Below are positions 12,761 through 24,720 of a stretch of 64,000 nucleotides of DNA, piece by piece; the stretch's first letter is position 1, and every line of letters starts with the position of its first letter. This DNA is from Callorhinchus milii. Lineage: Eukaryota. The translations under genes and the position numbers were made by a program. The notes beneath the pieces were generated by a model. That model was not told the origin of the DNA and made no database searches. It was given only the letters and a program-made list of their open reading frames with translations. Location of the stretch: contig NW_024704742.1 of the NCBI RefSeq assembly GCF_018977255.1, positions 81,098,001 through 81,162,000 of the forward strand, written 5' to 3'.

Positions 12761-13819
12761 ACCATTGTCCTTTTAAAAATATTATGTCTGTAGCTAGTCC
12801 ATGGCTAATCCAAGGCCAGCATAGAGTTAGTAGCCAATGAGGTATGGATATTATCATATAGCATGAGAGTTAAACTGATCTTAAAATTAAACTTAAACTA
12901 AATTTATAAACACTTAGCAGAGGCAAAAGATTGAACAATCATAGCATCCTGGGATTTGGGGGTTTACCTAGGGTGACCATTAAAAACAGCAATCTATTCA
13001 CTTTGGGAGAAAAAGCAATCTGCATCTAGATTTACTCTATTTTCTTTGCACTTCAAATCCAGAATTTCAAACTTGTTGAATTCATTCTGAACTTTGAAGT
13101 TTTTTTTGGTGGTACTTAAAAGAAATTTACAGAAAGACAACTTCAAAATTAAGGCTGTATTTACAAATCTGCCAAATTCTAAACGCTCTGAAATGTGCAG
13201 CGCCTTGGGACTTCCTCCCGACGTGAAAAGGTGCTTTATCTTTCATACAAAAACGAAAAAGAAAAATATGAAATCGAGAAAGCTGGTTAAATTCAAACCT
13301 CAATTATTCATCATATTCAAACGTTCTTAGAAAGGGGGGTGAGGGGGAGGGAGGGGCATTATAAGTGACATTCCATTGTATACATTAAACAAATTTAGGC
13401 AAAGTATTCAAAGTTACATTGTACAAGTTAGATCATATCAAGAGCAGGAACAAGACACAAAAGTTCGGCAGAAGTTTATGAATGTGATGTTTTATAAAAA
13501 GGCACTTCTATATTTTTCAGTCAATAAAAGGAGGTTGAAATTCCTCCAATTGAATTGGCCCGTGTGAAGGGTGCTATATATATGCAAGTTCTTGTTGTTG
13601 TTGGTCCATATTTGTCAGTACAACATAACCTTCAGGCGTTTAAAGAGGCATGTATTTTTCATATGTGTACTACCTCCTTTCCAGATGTCTTTTGGTCTAA
13701 ATTCCATAAGTATTCTCCAGTTTCGATCTCTCCTTCGATTTCCTTCCAGATTGCTTTTCTCATCATTAAGGTTTTTATTTCACTTTTGCAGCACTTCACA
13801 AATTAATTTCTCACTCTAT

Positions 13820-14105
13820 CCAGTCCTTACTTTAACTCATGGGAGGCCATATAGGAATGTGTGGCCTCCTGGAGAAGAGATTTTGGGTCATTGTCGTATC
13901 ATTTTACACGCCACAGTGTTTCCAGACCAGGCAAGCCCTTTGCCGTAGAAACAATCACTGTTTTAAACTTGTCTCATCTTTGTCAATCACTTCAATATTG
14001 GAGTGTGGGCAAAACTGGCTGAAGAGGAATAAGAATCAATTTTGATTCTTATGGACTATTCCACACACCGTGGGATACGGTCCGAGAAGCTACCACTCAT
14101 GAAGA
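13820..14105 (+). mobile_element. Probable decayed Gypsy (Ty3) LTR-retrotransposon integrase fragment
   Basis: Across frameshifts: VLTLTH / GGHIG...LEKRFW (like the HHCC zinc-finger region) and ILILMDYST...EKLPLMK (like YILVxxDYATRYPEAVPL). Confidence 0.5.
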
Positions 14106-17100
14106 CATTACCCTCATGAAGAGCACTATATAAATGTGAGTTGTTGTTGTTGCTTTGAGATATTTCCAATGAAATCAGGAATTATCTGATGCAGACACCA
14201 CAATGGGTACTGTATTATTGTATGGCGCAAACGCTGTTTGCCACCGATTTACAGTAGGGTGGTATATTGTTCAATAGCTGTTTTGCACCTATTGTAGGTT
14301 GTACTTTTGTAGGAGCGCTTTAAGGGAAGGCACAATTTCCAGGCTGTTGGGACTGACCAGTGTGCGACAACTGCTCTCAACTTAAAGACAACACACTTTA
14401 CATAATGACTTCATCGAAAGTAACAATGCTTGTGACACACATGAGATAAACAAGTGTAGGAAGATTTGTTGTAGAAATATGGAATTATGTAGAAATCAAA
14501 CTCTTTTTACAGACAGAAATGTCCCTTTAAGCAGTTGAGGGAGAGACATGCTTTTGACTGATTTATTCATGCATTTTTCTTCAGACATAGCCTTTCTAGA
14601 GTTTAGTCTCCCCCAGGACTCTGCCCTGGTCTCCAGGAAACCTTCCGGGCAGCTGTCAGACCAGTCTTCAAGCCTTCATGCTTGCACTAATAGGTAAAAT
14701 GTGTTTGTAATATATCACTCGTTTCCTTAACACCACACAATATACTACAACAGGGCAAGGCGAAACGTTGGGCAAGTTTCCTTATTCTGCATGCTTCTGT
14801 TCACCCAGCAGTATGTGGGAACTCAGTGGTAGTCTATTGGTGGGTCGCTTTTCTGAGGGTAATAATCCCTTTAAAAAAGTTTGGTCACTCAATCCACGAC
14901 TGTTTGTTGGACACTGCTGTGCGCAATTATTTGTCATATCACTAATGTCAAGAGGCATCAAGCACAACATAAAGTGTGGGCCACATGTAAACCACGTTCT
15001 TCCCCTTCTTACCCTCTATCGTCACATAAACTCATGGCGAGTTCTATCTCCTCGAGAATGCAATGAGATTGGTTTCCTTCTCCCCCATTTTCTTTGTTCC
15101 TCCTCTTGTTTCGAAGGCGCAGACTCCAACTGAGGTACAGTTTCACCTATAACCACCTATTATCATCTACACAGTTTTACCTATAATTCAGCTACATCTC
15201 CATGACCTCGCTCCAATGACCATACTTCCTGTATGAGTCTGAACTGTAATAAATTGTAGATCCCAAACCGCTGCTGCTGTTGAGAGCCTATCTGCAGAGA
15301 TTGCTGCAGTCTGTGTGATCAATTGCTAGACCAGGAAGTACAATTGCTCAAGTAGCCATCAGGTAAACTACCTATAATTCAGTTGCCAACAAACCAGTAA
15401 TTTCACCAGTCTTACCTCGCTGAGCTGCGGCAGACTATTACAAGTAGGTTCCTGGAAGAGAAAGATTTTTCTAAAAAGTTTATAATAATAATTCTTGAAT
15501 TTAAATAAACACCTTATCATGTTGAAACTTCTAAATGTGCTTCACAGAGTTTTCTGCAAGATGTATTGACACTTTAAATTTAATTTTAATTTTAAAATTA
15601 TTGTGTATGTTGTAGGTGAACATGGATGGCATTATGCTTGTAAGAATCTCCCACAAATAAACATGAAGTGAACGATTAATTTTAGCAAGAGGATTGTTGA
15701 TTAGGGCACTGGAAAACCTACTCTTTACTTTTGAATAATGCCATGGGATCTTTTAACACCATAAATGTGGGACATTCCTGTGTGCAAATTGGCTGCTATA
15801 TTCGCTTACAAAACATTCGCCTACAACAGTAGGATATCTCAAAGTGCTTTACATGAAGCACTTCAGGATATCCTACCGATGTGAAATGTGCTATATCAAA
15901 TGCAAGGATTACTATAATTAATGTTTCAGCACAAAAAGAGGTCATTGGTTCCACGAGAGGCTATGCTGGTGCCAACTCCTCCACAGGAGAGATTGCATTG
16001 CGTCCCTTTGTTAGGGAATGTAACACATGAACCAGAACGACCCACAGTGTACTGCAGCATTGGAGCCGCAGGGCTAGGCGTGTGCCTCTGCAAACTAAAA
16101 CAGCTACTTCCACCTCTGTATGTAAGTCGTGTGCCGGTCACTCATTCGTGAACATTCTGCACCCAGAGGGCTGAGATGCTTGCAACATACTTAAGAAACG
16201 TGTCTTAAAATTGTCATTTTTTTCAAGTGAGTGTTGAGATTCATAAACTATTGCAAACGTCAACTGGTTTTATACAGGCCGCCTGAGATTATGCTGTACA
16301 GCCATGGAGTTTTAGTTACTCCTTGCATTCAATGTAGCGTCTATAACATCTCAAAGCATTTCACAGGCAATATCCATGAAGTGCAGAGACTGTGTATTTG
16401 CAGATAAACAAGACAGCCAATTTAAGCTCAGCAATGTCTCACAAATGGCCGGCAAGTGAATAATCATTTTATCTGGGAGAATGTTAGCCAGAGCGCCAAA
16501 TGAAATACCCTTCTAAACAATCTGAAGAGGGAGGCAGGGCCATAGTTTGATGCCTCTTCTGAAGGATGGCATCTCTACGAAAACAGTGCTCCTCAAGCAC
16601 TGAACTACTCTGTAAACCTAGACTATCAACCTAAAGTTCCAGTGTGGGATTTAGACCCACAACCTTCTGCCCCAGTTTCCTCTTGATATCTGTATAACAA
16701 TTCTCAAATAAGAGAATAATCCAACAACGGGTCCAAATTTAGATTTGTTTTTAATGGCATCAAAATCTAAATTTTTGTGGTAATTTCTTATTAGGATAAT
16801 TATTTGAACTGCAAATATTCTCCAAATAAATACACAGCCCAGCAACGTTATTCTTGGCTTAAGTCAGGATTGTTTTGCAGTTTACGGTTGTGAGTTGATG
16901 AAATGCTCTCAGAAGACTCTGCCTCAGATATTCCTCCCTTCTTTCAGGGCAAATGAATCACATTTACTTTAAGACCTAGCATACTGTGCTCTGACATGAC
17001 CTCCACATGCCTGTCTGTCTCCGATTATACTTACATAGAAGTCCAATATACTCCCTGTGTAAATGCATGTGTACAAGGAAAATTATTGATTATTAGTTGT

Positions 17101-17278
17101 GCAATTAACAATCAATCCTTCTCATTGATTGTTAATTAGATATGTGGAATACCTGTAATTTTCTCTCTTCACACGAGGTTACACACAGTTTACAAATGGC
17201 GCATAATAGTCCCCACTGGTTTTACAGAATTCCAATACTGGTGGAGATGGGCTAGGATCTGACGAGATTAATGTTTCT

Positions 17279-17712
17279 GTAATAATAATAATAAAAATAA
17301 TCCTTACATTCAAAATAGCAGCTTTCATGTCATCGAGATGTTTCAAAGTGCTTCACAGGATGCACTGTAAAGTGCAGTGACTATTTAGTGGGTGAATGGA
17401 GCAGCCAATATGTGCACAGCGATGTTCCACAAGCAGTTATGAAGTGAGCGACTAATTTTATTTGGGGGATTGTTGCATGAACTGGGAGAAACTCCTCTTT
17501 TTGAATGGTGTCATGGCATCTTTAACGCTCACCTGAACCGGCAGATGAGTTTAACATCTCATCTGGAAGAACCTCACTGCTGACAATGCAACACACCTTC
17601 AACACTGTGTTGGAGTGTCAGCTGAGACTATAAAAGTTGCAAATCCCGGTGTGCGCCTTGAACCCACACCTTCTGGCTCTGAGGCGAGAGTGTTCCCAAC
17701 TGAGCCAGGCTA
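17279..17712 (-). mobile_element. Old Deu-domain SINE (SacSINE1/DeuSINE-like)
   Basis: The reverse complement shows a tRNA-like head gcctggctcagttgggaacactctcgcctcagagccagaagg, then gctgacactcca..., gttcaggtgagcgttaaagatgccatgacacc (Deu-like), and the shared 3' tail. Confidence 0.75.
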
Positions 17713-20287
17713 ACAACAACAACAAAATTACATTTGTATACCAAATTTTAGATTTACTCTGTATAGCATTTTAGAGTATCCAGAATTTCGCACATTGTTT
17801 AAGTTGGTTTGCTGCATTCTTAAACGAAATTACAGAAAATCTGCTTCAAAATGAAGACTGAATTTAAGAATTTGGCAAAATTAGGCTATTTGATCTTATT
17901 CTTTCAGAATACCAACCTTATCAACAATCTGAAGCACTTTTGAGATGTTCTCCCAATGTGAAAGGTGCTATATAAATATACAATTCTTGTTACCATTTTG
18001 CCATTGTGGCATGAAATTAGTTACTATATGAGTGGAGTATTCTGGCCTCAACCACCCTTTCTGGCAACTCATTTCAGCTGTCGATTACCCAATATGTAAA
18101 GATATGGTGTACAGTGTATGTCTGGTGTATGTCGTAATGTTGCCACTTGCAATCCAGAACCCATTTGTACCTGAATATATCAATGTATTGTTCGGAGTTT
18201 ACTTTCTTTATCTCAATTAGCATCATAAAATTGGCGTGTTATCCGGTTATAATCTTGGCTTATAAACAGCCTTTTCTCTACAGTTGAACAACATCTTGAA
18301 ACAACTAAGGACTCATTCACAGAACATCAACAGTAAATGACTGATTATTAATACAGCCTTGGGGAATATTATAATAACATTGTGAAAATGAACAGTAGAT
18401 TAGCAAATACTGTATAAATAAATGTGCTAAATTTGAAATGGCTTAGACGAATTCATCCTTAAACATCCAAATTTATGGGAGTACATGGAAACTTAAGATA
18501 TTAATCCAGGCAATAGGTCAAACAAATAGATCAGTTATTCCCATTGAAGCAAAATTATTTCACAACTAGCATAATTTTCTTATGTTTGCCTTCACTTTAC
18601 TTTTCTTCAAGGCCTGGGTAATGGAACCGATCTAAATAAGTGATTTAATTTCTTCTGTACTGGAGTCCTCACACCTATTAACCCAATCCTTGTCCTCATC
18701 TTGAAATTGTTCCAACCAACCTCTGTAACGGCTTTGAAACATTATCCTACCTGAAAGCACGATTAGGCAAGTTACTATTGGAAAGGCGTGAGTTGTATTA
18801 TTCACTGGCAGAAGACCTGACAGTGTAAACAGAAACAGAATTCAATAAACCCGAAGAAAGGTGAATTGCTACGTAATCTCAACAACATTCACAAAACCAC
18901 ATTATTGCAATAATTGGGGATAAATCATCGTTATATCTTTGCAAGCCTCACAAAAGGAACATGTGTTAAAGTATTAGTGAAAGCATAGTGTTGAGTCAAG
19001 TAGACCAGTATTAGTGAAAGCATAGTGCAAGGTTAGTTCTCTGCTCAGGCCTGTATTAACTGATATCTCTCAAAGAAATGGTAATTGTGCCACAATTGGG
19101 TTTACCATACCTGATTTTCAGAGGGATTAGTATATGTCACTGCAAAAAAACTTAAAAAGAATAGGTCAGAATTCCTAGGATAGTCTCACCTTCAAAAACA
19201 TCTGCTCCAGGATTATGTGCTTTATCCCATTCAAACTTGTTTCTGACCAACTCCCTTCTGTTTCTTTCATATATGAATAGCTTTACTTTTACCCAATAGA
19301 TCCATTATGTTTTTTCAGCTGTTGTGCACTAAGTCTGTAACATCTATGGTTGCCTGGTTACATAGTATGCTGCCCTTCAGTGAATGTTGGAGCTGTTGCC
19401 TTGATTTGGGTGGAAGAATCATCATTGCCGACTTCATACACTATTCCTGACAATTACAAGACAAGCTTTTTTTTCTAAATGTTTCCTATGGTAACACACG
19501 TTAGCAGGTGAAAGGCCTGAATCTCCACCTGGTCTTATCTTATGTTTGCCTTCACTTTAGTGGATTATTTGAGATATCCTCCAGATATGAAAGGCACTAT
19601 ATCAAATGCAAGGATTATTATTAGGGTAATTTTGATTTAGATTATAAGATTACATGGACTTGTGAAAAAAAATCAATTTAGTCTAAATTTGCAATTCTTA
19701 GCACTATTGTAATAGAGATGGGGGTTTCTCTTGGTGTTTTGGCCAACAATCCTGACCAAATAAAATTGGTCATTTACTTCATAGCTGAATGTTGGAGCTC
19801 AATGCTGTTCATAAATTGGCTACCAGGTTCAACCATAAATATACAGTCACTACACTTTACAGTATATCCTATAAGGCGCTTTGAGCTATACCAAATCATT
19901 GATATAGTGTGAAAGGATGATTATTATTATTGTGCCCTATACCCCGCCCCCCACCCCACAGACCTTATCACAATGAGGTTTGTGCACCTAAGGTGGAGCT
20001 CAGTGTTTGAGTGCAATTGTTTTATATAAAGGAGCAGTCCAACGTAGATGAGTTCAGGATACCAAGACTAGTAATGGTCCATTTATTGAGCCCAGGTTTA
20101 ACTTTTTTATTGGTTAATCCATCCCTGTATTTGTGTCGAGAGAGCAACAGAAACCCGAGTTTAAAGTCTTGTAGTGATTGTTAGTCAGAGATTCATAGAA
20201 CGAACAGCTCAGAAACAAGCCACTCAGCCCACGGGGTCTGGCTGGTGTTTACACTTTGATGTCAGTTTTGTTGCAATGGTAATCCAA

Positions 20288-20572
20288 GTACTGAGGAGGA
20301 TTACTACTGCAATAACACATCATTGGTTGAGCAAAGCTAACCTGTATCATAACAGTCTAAACCCAGCTCACGATCCTATTAGTGAGCGAATAATCGAACG
20401 CTTTGTGAATTCTGCTTCACAATAATAGGAAGAGCCGACATTGAAGGATCAAAAAGCAACATTGCTATAAACCCTTGGCTACCACAAGCCAGTTATCCCT
20501 TTGGTAACTTTTCTGACACCTTCTGCTTAACGCCCAAAAAGCCAGAAGGATCATGAGGACACACTTTCATGG
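20288..20572 (-). pseudogene. Decayed fragment of 28S rRNA (domain V peptidyl-transferase region up to the sarcin-ricin loop); not a functional rRNA gene
   Basis: The reverse complement reads ...GGTGTCAGAAAAGTTACCAAAGGGATAACTGGCTTGTGG...TTTTTGATCCTTCAATGTCGGCTCTTCCTATTATTGTGAAGCAGAATTCAC...GTGAGCTGGGTTTAGAC...CTCAGTAC. This is the conserved eukaryotic LSU sequence with scattered substitutions; only about 285 nt are present. Confidence 0.93.
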
Positions 20573-20789
20573 CTCCAATGAAAACCAAATTGGTCATTCA
20601 CTCCATGGTTGTCTGTGGGACATTGCTGTGCGCAAACTTACTGCCGCATGTCACTCATAAAGTATATAGTCTACCACTTTACAGTATATCCATTTTTAGA
20701 TGTCTTGACATTATGATAAAGCTCTATATCAAATGCAAGGATTATTATTATTATGTCTATATTTATACTGAAAATCTTATCCCTCATTC

Positions 20790-21400
20790 CGTAGAATCGT
20801 AGAATATTACAGCACAGAAGGAGGCCATTCATCCCCTTGGTGCCTGCTCTTTGGAAGAGCTACCGAATCAATCCCACTCTCCCGCTCTTTTATTGTAGGC
20901 CTGCAAAAAAAATTCAAGTAGTACCTATCTAATTCCTTTTGAAAGTTATTTTCGAATCATATCCTGTCTTTTTCCCCATTTCACTCAAATTTATTCTCTC
21001 TTAACAATGTGTCCAGTCGTTTTTTTGAAGGTGCGCATGTTTGGCACTCTGACGACAACTGACTGTGGCAGAGAATTCCACACTCCCACCACTCTCTGTG
21101 GGTACAAGCTTCTCCTAATCGTGTTCTGGGCCTCCCAGTTCTGATTGAAAAACTATGCCCTCTCATTCTAGAACAACACAAGTAATCTTTCCCTGTTCCT
21201 CTTATCCTCATCCTCTCATTACTTTTTATGGCTCTATCATTTCCCCGCAGTCTTCTGAGCGTCAAAGAAAAACGGCCCAGTTTATCAAGCCTTTCCCTAT
21301 AACTGCATTTTCCCTCTGCATCACCTCCAATGCCTTAACATCTTTCCTATAACAAGGAGCCATAAATGCACACAGTATTTCAAATGTGGCCTTATCATCG
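20790..21400 (-). mobile_element. CR1-clade LINE 3' fragments
   Basis: tagaatattacagcacagaaggaggccattc is the reversed CR1 3' end; peptide RMRGHSFSI...HREWW resembles the CR1 ORF2 C-terminus (TRGH...FF..RVV..WN). Confidence 0.75.
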
Positions 21401-21826
21401 TTAATCCATCAAAGTACATTTAAAAGTGAGTGAGTTTATTGACCTGAGGTTTTCCCATTAGGTCAATGCTCACAGGTGTTCTTTTGGATATGTGTGTTTC
21501 CTACATTTTATGGGTTCTTTAACTTGCTCTTGTTTTTAAAATACGTTTTTTATACTTTCTGTGGCAGAAACGTATACGCTTTCTGTTTCTTAAAGCTGCC
21601 ATTTGTGGCACCAGTGCAGCGGAGTGAGAGCAGCAGTTATGTGCTCCCAGGCCCTGCCAGTGTCAATCAAAAAACAGCAACTGATCAAGTCCAGCTCAGC
21701 TTGGTAACTGCCCAGAGCAGAGACTCTCCACTTTAAACTGAAACCCAACCATTCTGGAACCTGGGTGTGCATGCAAGAGGCCAACTTTGTATTTGTTATC
21801 ACCACTGTGGCAGTGTCAAACTTGCA

Positions 21827-22149
21827 GTGGAGTCCTGTAGCTCAGTGGTCAGAGCACTTGCCTCTCAAGCGAGAGACCTGGCTTTGATTCCTGGCAGGAT
21901 GAAACCTTCGGCAAGTTTTCTTACTCCACACGCCTGATAATAATCCCTCAAGAAAAAAAANCAATAATAAAATTGGTCACTTCAATGCACAACTGTTTGT
22001 GGGACACTGCTGTGCGCAATTTGACTGCCGCATTTCACCCACAAATATGCAGTCAATTCACTTTACGGTATATTCTGTGAAACGCTTTGAGTTGTCTAGA
22101 AAACTTGAAAAGCGCTATATCAACTGCAAAGATTATTATTATTATTATT
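21827..22149 (+). mobile_element. Full-length tRNA-derived SINE (short subfamily)
   Basis: gtggagtcctgtagctcagtgg head through to the (att)n tail. Confidence 0.9.
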
Positions 22150-22536
22150 AAAAATTTACATTTTCTGCTGAGGCCACAACAAGCAGCAAACAGCTGTTGC
22201 GTGTCTACGCAGACAGCTCAGTTATGCAGTGCTGTCCTTAACTTCAGCAACCAGGGTTACACTCCAGCCCAAGCTCTCCTCGTTTTCAACAGGCTTTAAT
22301 ATTTTATTTTAGCATTTTCTTTGTTTCTTGTGTTCAATAAGTGATATTTTGCTATTTTTCCAATAATTTACTGCAATTTCCCTCATTTTGCAATGTTAAA
22401 AATCTTTACAAAGTAGCCTGCTGATTACTCTGTGTCGGGGATTAGAATTGCAGGTGATAATGTGCTGATTTAAATGGCCCAAATTGAGTGCAATATTACT
22501 GCATTGTACTGCAGCTTATTTAATGCAATAGATTTA

Positions 22537-22999
22537 GGTGTCAGTCTGACTCATTTGGCAGCATCTCTAAATCACAAGATTGCTAGTTCAATACCTGTGT
22601 CGAGACTTTGACTCCCAGAGTCCAGGCTGACACGTCAAAGCAGTGCTGGAGGATTGCTGTGTTGTCAGACATAAGGCACCTGGGACATCAAACCAAGGCT
22701 ATGGCTGCCTGTTCAGGTGAATATTAAGATCTCATGGCACCACTTAAAAAGAGAAAGGAGTTTCTCCTGGGGTCTTGGTCAACAATCCTCTCGAGCAAAG
22801 AAAATTGGTCAGTTGAAGTTAAACGATAGCCACTTCATGGCTGTTTGTGGGACATTACTATGTCCAAATTAGTTTTGTGTTGACCAACTTTCACACAGCC
22901 ACTACACTTTACAAAATTCTATGAAGCCCTTTGAAACCTGTTCTTATCAACATAATAAGATGCTATATTAAATGCATGGATTATTTATATTATATTATT
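22537..22999 (+). mobile_element. Old Deu-domain SINE copy
   Basis: ggtgtcagtctgactc...ggctgacac...gcctgttcaggtgaatattaagatctcatggcacc...gagaaaggagtttctcctgggg. Confidence 0.75.
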
Positions 23000-23589
23000 G
23001 CATGTTTACAACATTGTATGCAAGACATGTTACTGTGGATTTCAGGATATTACTGCTGCTCCTCCACTGACTTAGATTTACGACTCATACCCCATGTCTT
23101 CCTCTTCACCACTGATGGTTGAACCTTCAGTGACCAAGAGTATTACACTGCTGTGTCTGCGGAGACAGCTGAGCACATGAAAAAAAAATGTAGCTTCTTC
23201 CTGAAGTTGATTGTCAAATGTAGCAAATAATAATAAATAGTAATAATGCTTGACTTTGATATAGCGCTTTATCACATCATTGAGGCGTCTCAAAGTGCTT
23301 CACATAATATACTGTAAAGTGAATTGAAACGTGGCAGCCAATTGCGCACATCAGTGTCCCACAAATAAATTATAATCATTTTTTAAAGGGATTATTACCC
23401 CCAGAAAAGCAATCCGCCAATTGACTAACAACGTTAGATAAACAGAGGCGTGTGGAGTGAGGAAACTTGTGTAAGGTTTCACCCTGCCCAGGGATCGAAC
23501 ACGGGACCTCTCACTTGCGAGGTGAGAGCGCTAATGTGAGTAGTGGCAGTTTGACGTTTACTTGTCTCTAGTAACAACTTTCCTGAATT

Positions 23590-23758
23590 GGCCGCCTCAA
23601 GACCCTCCTCTTCGACCATGCCATCAGCCACCCCCCTTTCCCTCCCCTCCCTTCTCCCCCCCGACCCCTGCCCGGGTCTGAAATGCTGTACACTGTCCAG
23701 CGCCTTGGGACGTCCTCCTGATGTGAAAGACCCTATACAAATATAATCTTGTTGTTGT
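23590..23758 (+). mobile_element. L2 3' UTR fragment
   Basis: ctcaagaccctcctcttcgaccatgcc...gtccagcgccttgggacgtcctcctgatgtgaaagac...ttgttgttg. Similar short L2 ends lie at ~6460-6641 (+), ~46525-46750 (-) and ~50640-51200 (mixed). Confidence 0.85.
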
Positions 23759-24046
23759 ACCACTTTGGATCTATGAATGCTTTTAATATTGTTTCAGCTT
23801 TCTCCTGTTACTGCTATATTTGTGGAGCTGGATGAATTATTGATTGTTACTTCTTCATTTTTAAGATAGAAGCTGCAAGTGAGTTTTGTAATAGAGGGAG
23901 TTATGAGCATCATATCGTATTATTATCCTATTATATTGTGACACTAAAAGATGAATGTCTTTTTACAAAAAAATGTGGTTAAAGGAACAGAAAAATTACT
24001 TATCAGCAACACAACATTATACATCTCTCTGCTTGGTCTGTGTTCT

Positions 24047-24720
24047 ACAACAACAATAACAACCTGCACTCATATCGTGCCCTCCACACAGGGTAGCGTC
24101 TCAGAGCGGTTAACAGTGGCGAAGCCTGACTCTGAGCTGGGGGGTGGGGGAGGTGGCTGTACAAACAGGAAAGTTTTCAGGTGGGACTTGAAAGAGGGGA
24201 GAGAGGGGGTAAGGTGGAGGGATTGAGGGAGAGTGTTGCAGAGTTTGGGGCGTAGTGGCTGAAACCACAACCTCCGATGGTGGGGCGGAGGGTGCGAGGG
24301 ACGAGCAAGAGGCCGATGCCAATCAAGCGGAGGTGCCGGGGGGTGATTGGGGAGTGAGGAAGTCAGAGAGGTAGGGAGGTGCCAGGGAGTGAATGGATTT
24401 GAACACAAGAATGAAGATCTTGAAGTTGATCCGTTTGGTGATGGGGAGCCAGTGGAGCCTGGCCAGAACTGGTGAGATGTGGGTACGGAGTTTGTTCCGG
24501 GTCAGTATGCGGGCGGCAGAGTTTTGAATGAGCTGGATCTTGTGAATGGTGAAGTTGGGGAGACCGGCGAGGAGTGTGTTTGAGTAATCCAGGCAGGAGG
24601 TGACAAACGCATGCACAAGGGTTCGGCTGCAGTGGGGTAAGGTATGGTTGGAGGCGGGCAATGTGGCAGAGGTGGAAGAAGGCAGTCCTGGTCAGGGACC
24701 GGATGTGGGTGAGAAAGTAC
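24047..24720 (-). mobile_element. L2 LINE 3' fragment (second subfamily)
   Basis: ORF 24323-24661 reads [15 protein letters not shown]...[10 protein letters not shown]...[13 protein letters not shown]; acaacaacaataacaac tail at ~24047. Confidence 0.9.

Noticed and set aside
20288..20572. Functional rRNA gene or rDNA unit
   Set aside because: Only ~285 nt, mutated at conserved positions, with no flanking rDNA.
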